From contig CACYSA010000005.1 in the NCBI GenBank assembly GCA_902777015.1, positions 9,031 to 73,030 on the forward strand: a DNA stretch of 64,000 nucleotides, given 5' to 3'. Positions 28,128 to 38,996 of this stretch are shown here, one piece after another. Under the pieces are notes generated by a model. The model had not been told where the DNA came from, ran no database searches, and saw only the letters and a list, made by a program, of their open reading frames with translations. The stretch is from an uncultured Erysipelotrichaceae bacterium. GTDB lineage: Bacteria; Bacillota_I; Bacilli_A; RFN20; CAG-826. Positions within the stretch are counted from its first letter, which is position 1; the number at the start of each line of letters is the position of its first letter. The translations under genes were made by a program, and so were the position numbers.

Positions 28128-29912
28128 TTATTCTCCTCCTTTCTGTGTTTGTGATTGATAGATTTCACGATAAATCTCGTTATTGGCTAATAATTCTTGA
28201 TGTGTACCAATATCGTTAATTTGACCGTTATCTAAAACAATGATTTGATCAGCTTCTTCAATAGAACTAATTCTTTGAGCGATGACAATTTTTGTCATCT
28301 CTGGTAAATCATTCTTTAATGCTTTTCTAATTAATCTATCTGTTTTGGTATCAACAGCGGAAGTGGAGTCATCTAAGATTAAAATCTTAGGATTCTTTAA
28401 TAACGCTCTAGCGATACAAAGTCTTTGTTTTTGACCACCAGAGAAGTTAGCGCCACCTTGTTCAACAACTTTATCAAGTCTTTCTTTAGTGGCTTCAATT
28501 GTTTCAGAGATTTGTGCCACTCTTAAAGCATTAATCATTTCTTCTTCAGTAGCGTCTTTTTTACCCCAACGCATGTTAGAAGCAACTGTACCACTAAATA
28601 AGAAGTTCTTTTGTAAAACTACCGCAACAGAATCTCTTAATACTTTAAGATCATATTCTTTAACATCATGACCACCAACAATAACATGTCCTTCAGTAGT
28701 GTCATATAATCTTGAAATCAAATTAACTAATGTGGATTTGCCAGAACCAGTGGAACCAATAATACCAACAAATTGACCACTTTTAATATTGATATTTAAA
28801 TCGCTAACTGCATAACGTTCGGCTTCTTTTTTATATTTGAAAGAAACATTATCAAATACTACAGAACCATCATTTACTGCCATCACAGGGTTTTCTGGAT
28901 TCTTAATTGTTGGTTCTTCATCTAAGACTTCACTGATACGTCTAATTGATTCAAATGACATGACTAACATGGTGACAATCATGGAAATCATCATGATAGA
29001 CATTAAGATTTGAATACCATATGTGAGTAACGCTGACATTTGAGCGGTACTTAATTGACCCCAAACAATCTTCACTCCACCTTGGCCATCTGCTTCAGGT
29101 GTCGCAGTGTTAAAGATTATTAATGCTGATAAGAACATAGTGATTAAATAAACCACATGGATAGATGTGTTCATCATTGGCATCATTAAGGCCACAATCT
29201 TTTCCGCTTTGATGAAGTCTTTGCTTAAGTTATTAGAGGCAGTAGAGAATTTATTGTCTTCATATTCTTCTCTAACATAAGATTTAACAACACGCATACC
29301 TGCAACGTTTTCTTGCACAGATTCATTTAATGCGTCATAACGCTTAAAAACTCTTCTAAAGATACCCATTGCAAATTTTGCAACAACTACGAAGATAATG
29401 CCAATCACAGGAATAGCAATAACAAAGATCCACGCTAAATTGCCACCAACAATAAACGCCATGACCGCGGAGAAGATAAGCATTAATGGTGCTCTAACAA
29501 CAATTCTAATGGCCATCGCAAATGAGTTTTGTGCGTTGGTGACGTCAGTAGTCATTCTAGTCACTAAACTAGAAGCGTGGAAATGATCAATGTTCTCGAA
29601 AGAGAATGATTCAACTTTCTTATATAAATCTCTTCTTAAATTTTTAGCAAAGCCACTAGCGGCGTAAGCGGCAAATCTACCACCTAATATGCCACATGTA
29701 ATAGATACAATGGCCATGCCTAAGATAATTAAGAAATAAGGAACTAATTCAGAAATAGATGTCACAAATTCAATTTTGTCGACAAATTGTGACATGACAA
29801 ATGGTAAAGCACACTCAACAGCCGCTTCACCAATCATGAATAAAGGAGTGATAATAGCGAATATTTTATATTCTCTGACGCTTTTTAAGACTTTAGCAAT
29901 CATTTTAAACAT
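28128..29912 (-). CDS. ABC exporter, fused permease/ATPase (degenerate subunit)
   Basis: GSTGSGKST, FSGGQKQR, ILDDSTS, IAQRISS (degenerate D/Q residues typical of heterodimeric exporters). Confidence 0.92.
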   Translation of the reverse strand: MFKMIAKVLKSVREYKIFAIITPLFMIGEAAVECALPFVMSQFVDKIEFVTSISELVPYFLIILGMAIVSITCGILGGRFAAYAASGFAKNLRRDLYKKVESFSFENIDHFHASSLVTRMTTDVTNAQNSFAMAIRIVVRAPLMLIFSAVMAFIVGGNLAWIFVIAIPVIGIIFVVVAKFAMGIFRRVFKRYDALNESVQENVAGMRVVKSYVREEYEDNKFSTASNNLSKDFIKAEKIVALMMPMMNTSIHVVYLITMFLSALIIFNTATPEADGQGGVKIVWGQLSTAQMSALLTYGIQILMSIMMISMIVTMLVMSFESIRRISEVLDEEPTIKNPENPVMAVNDGSVVFDNVSFKYKKEAERYAVSDLNINIKSGQFVGIIGSTGSGKSTLVNLISRLYDTTEGHVIVGGHDVKEYDLKVLRDSVAVVLQKNFLFSGTVASNMRWGKKDATEEEMINALRVAQISETIEATKERLDKVVEQGGANFSGGQKQRLCIARALLKNPKILILDDSTSAVDTKTDRLIRKALKNDLPEMTKIVIAQRISSIEEADQIIVLDNGQINDIGTHQELLANNEIYREIYQSQTQKGGE

Positions 29913-30016
29913 CTATGTTTCCTCCCCCTTTAGTATGCTAGAAAATTGTAAAGTTTGATAACAAACTTGTCAATTGAAATGCACACATGATTGTAAAGTT
30001 GTATAATTATATTGCT

Positions 30017-31126
30017 ATGGAAACTAATTATGATTATTTAATTGTTGGCGCTGGTCTTTATGGCGCCGTTGCCGCTCATGAATTACATAAACGCGGCTAT
30101 AAAGTCCTCGTGGTGGAAAAAAGAAATAACATCGCAGGCAATATCCACACAGAAGAAATAGAAGGCATTCAAGTTCATAAATATGGACCACATATCTTCC
30201 ATACTTCCAAAAAAGAAATATGGGACTATGTTAATCAATTTGCAAAGTTTAATGACTTTGTGAATATGCCTTTAGCGTTCTATAAGGGTAAATACTACAA
30301 TATGCCTTTTAACATGAACACCTTCCATCAAATATTTGGTGTTAATACCGCAGAAGAAGCTAAAGCACGCATTGAAAAAGAAATCAAAGACGCAAATATT
30401 AAAGAACCAAAAAATCTTGAAGAAAAAGCTATCTCCATGGTGGGCACCACAATTTATGAAATGCTCATTAAAGGTTATACACAAAAACAATGGGGTAGGC
30501 CATGTAACGAACTACCTCCATTTATCATCACTCGCTTACCAGTGAGATATGAATATAACAACAATTACTTCAACGATACCTATCAAGGAATTCCTATCGG
30601 TGGATATACCAAATGGATTGAAAATATGCTAGACGGTATAGAAGTAAGGCTCAATTGTGACTATCTAGAACACAAAGAAGAACTTAATAAAATCGCTGAT
30701 AAAATCATCTATACAGGTGAGATAGATAAATACTTTGATTATTGTTTAGGTGCTTTAGAATGGAGATCACTCCGTTTTGAAGAAGAAATCATCGATAAAC
30801 CAGATTATCAAGGAAATGCAGTTGTTAATTATACGGAATATGAAGTGCCATATACCCGTATTGCGGAACATCAATATTTTGAACCAGGTCAAAAGCATAA
30901 CAAGACTGTCATCACTAAAGAATATTCTAAGAACTGGACATTAGGTGATGAAGCCTATTATCCTATTAATAACGATAGAAATAGTGAGTTATACGCTAAA
31001 TATCAAGAATTAGCCAAACAAAACAAAAAAGTTTATTTTGGTGGTCGTTTAGGTACCTATTCATATTACAATATGGATGTGGTAGTAGAGAAAGCTTTAC
31101 AATTAGTAGAGTCATTAATTAAATAA
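30017..31126 (+). CDS. glf: UDP-galactopyranose mutase
   Basis: IVGAGLYG, HKYGPHIFHT, GYTQKQWG, YFNDTYQGIP, YYPIN, GRLGTYSYYNMD. Confidence 0.95.
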   Translation: METNYDYLIVGAGLYGAVAAHELHKRGYKVLVVEKRNNIAGNIHTEEIEGIQVHKYGPHIFHTSKKEIWDYVNQFAKFNDFVNMPLAFYKGKYYNMPFNMNTFHQIFGVNTAEEAKARIEKEIKDANIKEPKNLEEKAISMVGTTIYEMLIKGYTQKQWGRPCNELPPFIITRLPVRYEYNNNYFNDTYQGIPIGGYTKWIENMLDGIEVRLNCDYLEHKEELNKIADKIIYTGEIDKYFDYCLGALEWRSLRFEEEIIDKPDYQGNAVVNYTEYEVPYTRIAEHQYFEPGQKHNKTVITKEYSKNWTLGDEAYYPINNDRNSELYAKYQELAKQNKKVYFGGRLGTYSYYNMDVVVEKALQLVESLIK

Positions 31127-31194
31127 TTAACTTGCTTAAATACTCAACTTTACTATAATGTTGTAAGGCCAAGAGGCTGAATTATTAAAAAATT

Positions 31195-32229
31195 ATGAAG
31201 TACATTACATTTACAATCCCTTGCTACAACTCCCAAGACTACATGCGTCACTGCATCGATAATATCGTTGCGGCTGGTGAAGAAGTCGAAGTCATCATCG
31301 TCAATGACGGTAGCAAAGACGACACAGGAAAAATTGCTGACGAATACGAAAAGAAATACCCAACAATCGTGAAAGCCATTCAAAAAGAAAATGGTGGACA
31401 CGGTTCAGGTGTTATGGCGGGTATCCGTAACGCTAACGGTATGTTCTTTAAAGTTGTCGATAGTGACGACTGGGTTGAAACAAAAGATATTTTAGACATG
31501 CTTTCATTAATCAAGAAGCACGAAGAAGAAAAAGCTAATATCGATTTATATATTACTAACTATGTTTATGAACACGCTGCGGATAATACACAATTTGTCA
31601 TGCATTATCGTAAATGCTTACCAGCGGAACAAATATTCACCTGGGAAAAGATGAAACGTGTGAAATTAGAAACAGTCTTCTTAATGCATTCATTAATGTA
31701 TAGAACATCTAAATTAAGAGAAAGTAAGATGGAACTTCCAAACCATACTTTCTATGTTGATGATATCTATGCTTATCAACCATTACCATTTATGAAGAAG
31801 GTTTTCTATCATGATATCGATTTATATCACTATTTCATCGGTAGAGCGGATCAATCCATTAACTACAAGACAATGTGCCAACGTTATGAACAACAAATGA
31901 GAGTGTTCAAAATCATGTTCACAGCGTACACATATGATGAAATCTATAAACAACCATATCATTTAAGAAAATACATGATTAAATGGTTAATGACGATATG
32001 TGGTATTACCTATATGACTATTGTGGGTGTTAAAGACGATAAAGAAACACGTTGGAAAACATTTAAACAATATTTTAAGGAACTTAAACAAATTGATAGA
32101 AAATTATATAACAAGATTCGTCATCGTTCCTTAGCGGCATTTGCCTTCGCTGTTCCTGGCTACAATTTAAAATCATTTGCTTCGAGAAAAGTTTACGGAG
32201 CATATCAAAAGAAATTGAAACTTGGCTAA
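31195..32229 (+). CDS. GT2 glycosyltransferase
   Basis: IPCYNS, VNDGSKD, ENGGHG, KVVDSDDW, HTFYVD, YFIGRADQS. Confidence 0.88.
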   Translation: MKYITFTIPCYNSQDYMRHCIDNIVAAGEEVEVIIVNDGSKDDTGKIADEYEKKYPTIVKAIQKENGGHGSGVMAGIRNANGMFFKVVDSDDWVETKDILDMLSLIKKHEEEKANIDLYITNYVYEHAADNTQFVMHYRKCLPAEQIFTWEKMKRVKLETVFLMHSLMYRTSKLRESKMELPNHTFYVDDIYAYQPLPFMKKVFYHDIDLYHYFIGRADQSINYKTMCQRYEQQMRVFKIMFTAYTYDEIYKQPYHLRKYMIKWLMTICGITYMTIVGVKDDKETRWKTFKQYFKELKQIDRKLYNKIRHRSLAAFAFAVPGYNLKSFASRKVYGAYQKKLKLG

Positions 32230-32235
32230 TCAATG

Positions 32236-32259
32236 ACCTCTCTAAAAGAGAGGTTTTTT
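32236..32259 (+). terminator. Intrinsic terminator
   Basis: ACCTCTC-TAAAA-GAGAGGT plus T run. Confidence 0.75.
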
Positions 32260-32314
32260 GTTGCAAATAATTTTATTGATACTACAATATTGCATGTATA
32301 AGGGAGGTTTTCTC

Positions 32315-32836
32315 ATGAAAGAAAAATACATTAGAATTATTTCCGCGATTATCATGATCGTGATGGGTATCATCATCGCCGTTTGTGGTGCGGGTACCGC
32401 TCTTGATTTGTATTTTGGTATTGGCTTTGTCGTAACAGGCGCTGTACTAATCGTCTTAGACATCATCAGCTTAACCAAAAACAAAATCATCTCATTTGGC
32501 CAAGTATTCCTTGCTGCGGCATTTACGACAATTGGTATCACATTATTAACAACCCATTATGTCTCATTTGCTATACTAGTAAACTTAATTGTTATATTAG
32601 TCTTAGGCATGGGTATTGCATTAGCAATCTTTGGCTTACTAACACTTATCTTAACCAAACAAGTTCCTGTTGGCATTGCCCAACTTGTTATTGGCTTAGT
32701 TGTGGTGGCCTTAGTTATTGTTTACTTAAATGTCGAAGAATTCAGAACAGTCTTCTGGATCATCGCCGGTATCTTAATTGCCGCTTATGGTGTTCTTGAT
32801 TTAATCCTCACATTAACAAACAAGAAGCTTAAATAA
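32315..32836 (+). CDS. Six-TM membrane protein, HdeD/DUF308-like
   Basis: GGGAGG RBS before ATG 32315; repeated short hydrophobic helices. Confidence 0.6.
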   Translation: MKEKYIRIISAIIMIVMGIIIAVCGAGTALDLYFGIGFVVTGAVLIVLDIISLTKNKIISFGQVFLAAAFTTIGITLLTTHYVSFAILVNLIVILVLGMGIALAIFGLLTLILTKQVPVGIAQLVIGLVVVALVIVYLNVEEFRTVFWIIAGILIAAYGVLDLILTLTNKKLK

Positions 32837-33030
32837 CAGAATTTTTTTGATAGAAACAACCCTTATTTCCAAAGTAAGGGTTTTTCTTTTTGCACTCATA
32901 AGATATACTCATATAGGCTATTTTTTCATAAAATGCGCTTCAAAGTTTACATAAAAACAACCTCAAGTTGGTGGTATGTAAATATTAATATCTAATAGAA
33001 TATACCCGACACTTATGAGGAGGGCTAACT

Positions 33031-33777
33031 ATGACCACAGGTGAAAAACTACAAAAACTAAGAAAAGAAAACAATTACACTCAAGAAGAACTCGCTGAGA
33101 TTATGAATGTTTCTCGTCAGTCAATTTCTAAATGGGAAAGTGACATCGCTTTTCCTGAAACTGAGAAGTTGATAGCCTTATCCAAGTTATATCATTGTTC
33201 AATTGATTATTTATTGAACTCTGAAAACAATGAGATGGTAGTCTCTGATAAAGAAACAAAAGAAAAAGTCATCTCTAAAAAAGCGTATAACAAGAAGAGA
33301 CTTCCTTTGATTATATCTACATTAGGAACATATACTTTAATGCTAATTCTATTCTTCTTTATTTGGTTCACTGGAAGCGGTGTTCTACATTATAAAATAA
33401 CTTATTTAAACGGGTACGTGTATGAAACAGGACCAGAAGTCTCTTTTGCTTTAAACTTCTATTCACTTTTAGGGATAAATGGCGATCCATTCATTAATGC
33501 CGCTGCATTAAGAAATATTGGCATCTTCTTGGTGGCCTTTCTTTCAATAATTATTGTTCTATCTATTATTTATCTTGTTTACGATAATAAAGCATTGAAA
33601 ATAGCTATTAGAGTATCAAATTGCGTTTTCTTAGCAATGTTTACAATACTGATGATTCTAACTCTTACTGCGGGTGTAAATATCGGATGGACAGCGGCTC
33701 CTGGCATTGCGTATTTTTTAGTCGCAGCATTAGTCATACTACAATACGCAGTTAAACCGATCAGAAGGACTCGTTAA
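33031..33777 (+). CDS. XRE-family HTH regulator with C-terminal membrane domain
   Basis: TQEELAEIMNVSRQSISKWESD, then four TM segments. Confidence 0.85.
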   Translation: MTTGEKLQKLRKENNYTQEELAEIMNVSRQSISKWESDIAFPETEKLIALSKLYHCSIDYLLNSENNEMVVSDKETKEKVISKKAYNKKRLPLIISTLGTYTLMLILFFFIWFTGSGVLHYKITYLNGYVYETGPEVSFALNFYSLLGINGDPFINAAALRNIGIFLVAFLSIIIVLSIIYLVYDNKALKIAIRVSNCVFLAMFTILMILTLTAGVNIGWTAAPGIAYFLVAALVILQYAVKPIRRTR

Positions 33778-35446
33778 TCTCATTAATAACTGGTATGTCC
33801 ACTTTGATTTCTTTACGGTCATAAGTAACGAAACCATTCATTTCTTCTTCAACATCACTTAGTTGAGTATAGATAAATCCAGACATACCTTTTTCTTTAG
33901 CGGGTTTAATTTCTTCGTTAATAAATCTTATATATTCTTTTTGGAAGTCTTCTTTGTTATTAAATAGCAAGTAAATGAAGCCTTCCTTTTTCTTTGCTTC
34001 TTTTAAACGTTTATCAAGAATATAAGCGCCACATTCAGAGCAGACATACGCTCTACCTTTTAATTTATATTTAGCAGGAACTTTTACTTTCCATTTATAG
34101 ATATGCATTGATTTAACATCGCTGCTACCCTGGTCATGCCATCCTGAAGCATGGTCATAGATTCTAGTAGGGTCAACAAACTTTAATTTTTGATATATTT
34201 CTTTAGCGTCGAATTGTCCCCAGCCTTCATTAAATATCGTCCAATAAACGATGCAAGGACAGTTATATAGAAGCGCAATTGTATCTAGGAATTCTTGATA
34301 AGCTTCTTTCCTTCCTTCTTCATTTTCTCTAAAGAATTTTTTATATCTATGGTCGTTAATTTTATATCTCACAAATAGTGGTACTTGGTTCAGCCAGAAA
34401 TCATATTTTGTGCAGCCATTTACAAAGTCTTGCCACACTAATAAACCGAGCCTGTCGCAGTGGTAATACCACCTCATAGATTCAATCTTAATATGCTTCC
34501 TAGAAACATTAAATCCAAGTGACTTAATGAGGTTAATATCATTGATGTAATCTTCATCGCTATTTGGCGTTAATAAACCTTCTTCATAATAGCCTTGATC
34601 AAGGACACCTTTCATAAAATAAGGTTTATTATTAAGAGCGATAACTTTCATTCCTTTTTCATTTTGCATTAAAGAAATTTTTCTCATCGCAAAATAGGAA
34701 GAAACTTCATCAACTTCATTATAAATTTTGAATTCATAAAGGTATGGATTTTCTGGTGACCAGAGATTCATATCTTCAATTGGAATGATATTATCTTTTT
34801 CCGCTTCAATTTCGTAAATTCGATTTTTTAAATTGAGTTTTGCGGACTTATTGGAAGATTTAAAGCTTATTCTGACGACTTTTTCGTCAATATTTGGTGT
34901 AATCTTTATCGATTCAATATAACCGTTATTGACACTTTCTAACCACACTGGCATATAGATACCAGATTGCGGTTTATACCATATTCCACCTGGCTTTAAA
35001 TGTTGCTTTCCTGAACTATGATACGAGCTATTCGTAGTGTCTATAACTCTAACAATTAAGGTGCCTTTTCCATCATTCAAATATGGTTTGATATCCATTT
35101 CAAAAGGCAAGAAACCACCGATATGTTTCTTCACAAATTGATTGTTAACAAACACTTCTGCGATTTGGTCGACCGCTCCAAAGTGTAGTATAACTTTATC
35201 TTTCATAAATTCTTTAGGTAATTCTAAATTTAGACGATAGAAAAGATAGTCATCTGGCATGACAGTTTTATTGACTCCACTCTTAGAAACTTCAGGAGAA
35301 AAAGGCACTAAAATTTGACCATCAAAATCAGTGGGAATTTCTTCGCTTTTTCTAATCGCATATTCCCAATATCCATTAAGGCAAATATAGGAATCTCTTT
35401 TAAACTGAGGACGTGGATATTCACTTAGTGGAATCGTTTGTTTCAT
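33761..35446 (-). CDS. Glycoside hydrolase family 2
   Basis: EYPRPQF, LHFGAVD, GGFLPF, SGIYMPVWLE, LDQGY, RKHIKIE, FNEGWGQ, SECG, YTQLSDVEEEMNG. Confidence 0.9.
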   Translation of the reverse strand: MKQTIPLSEYPRPQFKRDSYICLNGYWEYAIRKSEEIPTDFDGQILVPFSPEVSKSGVNKTVMPDDYLFYRLNLELPKEFMKDKVILHFGAVDQIAEVFVNNQFVKKHIGGFLPFEMDIKPYLNDGKGTLIVRVIDTTNSSYHSSGKQHLKPGGIWYKPQSGIYMPVWLESVNNGYIESIKITPNIDEKVVRISFKSSNKSAKLNLKNRIYEIEAEKDNIIPIEDMNLWSPENPYLYEFKIYNEVDEVSSYFAMRKISLMQNEKGMKVIALNNKPYFMKGVLDQGYYEEGLLTPNSDEDYINDINLIKSLGFNVSRKHIKIESMRWYYHCDRLGLLVWQDFVNGCTKYDFWLNQVPLFVRYKINDHRYKKFFRENEEGRKEAYQEFLDTIALLYNCPCIVYWTIFNEGWGQFDAKEIYQKLKFVDPTRIYDHASGWHDQGSSDVKSMHIYKWKVKVPAKYKLKGRAYVCSECGAYILDKRLKEAKKKEGFIYLLFNNKEDFQKEYIRFINEEIKPAKEKGMSGFIYTQLSDVEEEMNGFVTYDRKEIKVDIPVINEINESF

Positions 35447-36761
35447 TGTTTTTAATTCTTCTTTCTTTTCTAATCATGATAATTACTGGAATGATTGCTA
35501 AGGCGAATATTACACCAGTAGCAAAGAATAACCATTTATTTGGAGGATAGACTGTTACTCCATATTCGTTTTGATATGGATTACCACCTAATCGACAAAT
35601 GATTTCGGCAATAACCATTGGTCCAATGATCATTGGAATTAAAACTGTAAAGATCATTCTTACACCTTGGAATAAACCAACTTCATTTGTTGGTGTATAA
35701 TCTCTAACTTTAGCCCCTAATACAGCGGTGCTAATTAAATATCCTGACATTAAGACAATACCACCGATGATTAGACCAACTTGAGTGCCCATTCCTTGTC
35801 CACCTGGAATAGCAAATATGGTGACGCCACCAACAGCACCAACAATAAGAGCGGGAATCATAATCTTATTTTTACCAATCTTATCCATAAATAGACCAAA
35901 GACAACAGTAATCAAACTAGCGATTAATAAAACAGCGCCTAAGCTTACAGTGAAGTTATCTCCAGTGATGCCTAAAACGTTTTGAACGTATAAAATGAAA
36001 TAAGGCATAAATACTTGTAAGCCAATATTGAAAACCATAAACGCTATTAAAGTAATATAAAGAATAGGATTGGCTTTAATGACACTTGGTCTAAATCCAT
36101 GAATGATATTCTTCCAATATGGTTCTTCTTTATTTGCTTTAACGATATCTTTAGGCGCTAAGAAGATAGTGATAATACCAATAACTAAAGTAATACCACC
36201 AAAGATATAGAAGAAGATATCCCACCTCTTAGGGCCTTCAACATCCACAAATATACCTGCTACAAGAATAACAGCGATTAACGCTAACAAAGGGAATACT
36301 GATAAAACACTTTCGACTTTACTTCTATTATTTTCAGTAGTGTTATCAGTAACTAAAGCATTAAATGCCGCATCATTCGCGGTACTACCAAAGAATGTCA
36401 TCACACAGTCCATAATTACAATGAGAGTGCCTGCTAAAAAGACATTATGAGCAACAATAGTGATTGAAGAATGAGGATCTAAAAAGGCAAAAGTAATAAT
36501 AGATAATCCCCATAAAATATAACCAGTGGATATTAATAATTTTCTTTTACCCAATCTATCACTAACTGCACCCATTAATAATGTTGTGATAGTGGCCGCC
36601 GCAGCGCTACAAGCGGTCATCACAGGAATAAATCCATATTCAGAAGTACAGTCAAAAACGTACACGTTAAAATAATTGTTTTCGATAGCCCAGGCTAGTT
36701 GACCAACAAAGCCCGCTAAGATAAACATTAGCCATCGACGAATGCCGATTTTATTATCCAT
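35421..36761 (-). CDS. MFS sugar transporter
   Basis: 12 TM; GAVSDRLGKRK and MDKIGK loop motifs; co-oriented with GH2 and galK. Confidence 0.88.
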   Translation of the reverse strand: MDNKIGIRRWLMFILAGFVGQLAWAIENNYFNVYVFDCTSEYGFIPVMTACSAAAATITTLLMGAVSDRLGKRKLLISTGYILWGLSIITFAFLDPHSSITIVAHNVFLAGTLIVIMDCVMTFFGSTANDAAFNALVTDNTTENNRSKVESVLSVFPLLALIAVILVAGIFVDVEGPKRWDIFFYIFGGITLVIGIITIFLAPKDIVKANKEEPYWKNIIHGFRPSVIKANPILYITLIAFMVFNIGLQVFMPYFILYVQNVLGITGDNFTVSLGAVLLIASLITVVFGLFMDKIGKNKIMIPALIVGAVGGVTIFAIPGGQGMGTQVGLIIGGIVLMSGYLISTAVLGAKVRDYTPTNEVGLFQGVRMIFTVLIPMIIGPMVIAEIICRLGGNPYQNEYGVTVYPPNKWLFFATGVIFALAIIPVIIMIRKERRIKNNETNDSTK

Positions 36762-36771
36762 ATGAAGCTCC

Positions 36772-37932
36772 TTATTTTATTTCGGAAGGTATATCATTAC
36801 GCACGCTAACTAGATGGACATTTTTAACACCATACCGACTAATCGCTGCGTTTTTAACGTTTTCAAGTACGCTATTTGGAACAAGAGCAATAACGGAACC
36901 AGCAAAGCCACCTCCGTTAATTTTGACACCAGCTTTATTATTAGATGCCTTTAAAATCAATTCACACGCTTCAAGTGGTGAACCTTCAATTTTATCGACA
37001 TACATATTCTTTAATAAATCAGTTGATGAGACGCGTGATTCATTAATTAATTTGATAAGTGTATCAATATCGTTATTATTTATTGCCTTATATGCATTTC
37101 TTACGCGGTTATTTTCTCCGTAGAAATGTTCCGCTCTTTGATAAGCAGATAAGCCACATTTTTCAATGACGTCTTGCTTATTTTGTCTAAATTGCTCTTC
37201 ATCAACTTCTCTTAAATATTCTTTTCCAAAGTAGTGGGCAACTTTAAACATATCATCAGGTATAGCTTTATATAAATGGTCTAAACCAGCGTGACTACCA
37301 CCTGAATTAACAATGAGGAATGAATAATCATCCATATGGCTCTTTAATGTTTTAACTTCTGGATTAGCAATATCCACAAAATCAATATAGACTAGGCCAC
37401 CATAAGCCACGCCTATTTGATCTAATAAGCCACACATCTTACCGTAATAGTTTCTTTCCGCAAATTGTGAAGCTTTGCATAAAGTCATTAATGGTATTTG
37501 TTCGTTATTGAATAACTTATTAACTGTTTGTGCTATTAATAATTCAAAAGCCGCGCTACTAGATACACCTGCGCCACCTGGAATTTGACTCATCATATAA
37601 ATATCAAAGCCACCATAACGGTATTCTTTTGCTAAATATGAAACGATACCTCTAATTAATGCACTTGATTTACCAATTTCGTTATCAAGTTTATCTAATT
37701 TACTTAAATCAATAGTGTATTCATCAAATCCTTCTGAATATACTCTCACTAATAAGTCATCTCTTTTTCTAATCGAGGCAAAAATTGATAAAGAACAAGT
37801 CGCAGCAATACATAAACCATGATTATGGTCAGTATGATTGCCTAATACTTCAAATCTGCCACCACAACTAAGATATAGTTCTGGTTCGTTATTAAATGTT
37901 TCAATAAATTTATTCTTGAGGTAATTCTTCAT
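36772..37932 (-). CDS. galK: Galactokinase
   Basis: GRFEVLGNHTDHN, IPGGAGVSSSAAFE, CGLLDQ, GGGFAG. Confidence 0.9.
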   Translation of the reverse strand: MKNYLKNKFIETFNNEPELYLSCGGRFEVLGNHTDHNHGLCIAATCSLSIFASIRKRDDLLVRVYSEGFDEYTIDLSKLDKLDNEIGKSSALIRGIVSYLAKEYRYGGFDIYMMSQIPGGAGVSSSAAFELLIAQTVNKLFNNEQIPLMTLCKASQFAERNYYGKMCGLLDQIGVAYGGLVYIDFVDIANPEVKTLKSHMDDYSFLIVNSGGSHAGLDHLYKAIPDDMFKVAHYFGKEYLREVDEEQFRQNKQDVIEKCGLSAYQRAEHFYGENNRVRNAYKAINNNDIDTLIKLINESRVSSTDLLKNMYVDKIEGSPLEACELILKASNNKAGVKINGGGFAGSVIALVPNSVLENVKNAAISRYGVKNVHLVSVRNDIPSEIK

Positions 37933-38911
37933 TTTCTTTATTCTCTAACTCCGCTCTTTTTCTTTGAGCAACAACTAATCGATAACTTAAGAAAGCACAT
38001 AAGGCTAATGTTGCTATACCGATTAATATTTCTGCCCACATTGGTAAAACAGGATGGATATTATATTTATCGCCTAATGAGTTATCCGCCCAAACGCGAT
38101 AATAGTTAACAATATTGGAATTTAGGAATAAAACGATAATTGATCCAGAAATGAATCCGATAATGGCAAAGAATGTTTCCTTACGCCATTTTTTAAGCAA
38201 GATGTTCATGATTTTAGAAACTAGAACTACACCAATTAAACAGCCAATAGCAAAGCATCCTAAAACACCAAACAATGCACCTGTGTGGCTAAAATCACCT
38301 TGTTTAATCATTTCGCTAGCCCAGCCTTTAACGTTATCAACAAGCGGTCTATAGAATCCTAAAATCAAAAGAATTAAAGAACCAGATAAACCAGGAACAG
38401 TTAAAGCAACCGCTGCAACAGCGCCAACTGGAATTAATACTAAATATAACCACCAAGCAGGTTGAGGCAAGAATAATGATTCAACGCTGAAATCATTTAA
38501 ACCTGCAACAACATTTAAAACACCTAGACCAATAACAAACAAAGCGCCTAGAGCGATAAGTAAACCATATTTCTTATTAACCTTAGTGCCTTTCACTTCA
38601 TCAGTAATACCAGGGAATGAACCAATTAAGAAACCAGCGAATACACAAATTAAAACAAACATTAAGTATTCAAAGGCATATGAGAAGATAATAATGCACG
38701 CTACTACGGCAATAAGAATACCAAGTAAGATAGGAATTAATACTTTAATTGCCCAGCCAAATCTTTTTCTAAAATTATTGACTGCGCCAATAATATCTTC
38801 ATAAACGTGGAAGATAACAGCAATAGCTGCTCCACTAACTCCAGGGATCGCGGCCCCTGCACCGATGGCTAAACCAGCCACTAGTTTTCTAAACCATTCT
38901 TTAATTTTCAT
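37910..38911 (-). CDS. DUF368 family membrane protein (undecaprenyl-phosphate translocase family)
   Basis: Twin re-entrant motifs IPGVSGAAIA and VPGLSGSLILLILGFY. Confidence 0.85.
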   Translation of the reverse strand: MKIKEWFRKLVAGLAIGAGAAIPGVSGAAIAVIFHVYEDIIGAVNNFRKRFGWAIKVLIPILLGILIAVVACIIIFSYAFEYLMFVLICVFAGFLIGSFPGITDEVKGTKVNKKYGLLIALGALFVIGLGVLNVVAGLNDFSVESLFLPQPAWWLYLVLIPVGAVAAVALTVPGLSGSLILLILGFYRPLVDNVKGWASEMIKQGDFSHTGALFGVLGCFAIGCLIGVVLVSKIMNILLKKWRKETFFAIIGFISGSIIVLFLNSNIVNYYRVWADNSLGDKYNIHPVLPMWAEILIGIATLALCAFLSYRLVVAQRKRAELENKENEELPQE

Positions 38912-38996
38912 ACCTAATCAATTATACGAGAGTTATTTAATTAAGTAAATAAAGTGCCTTTTTCTATCATTGTGATATAATAACTCACGGATATTT

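Noticed and set aside
26135-29912. ABC pair as exporter for the double-glycine peptides
   Set aside because: No N-terminal C39 domain, over 20 kb away, and typical heterodimeric multidrug-type architecture.
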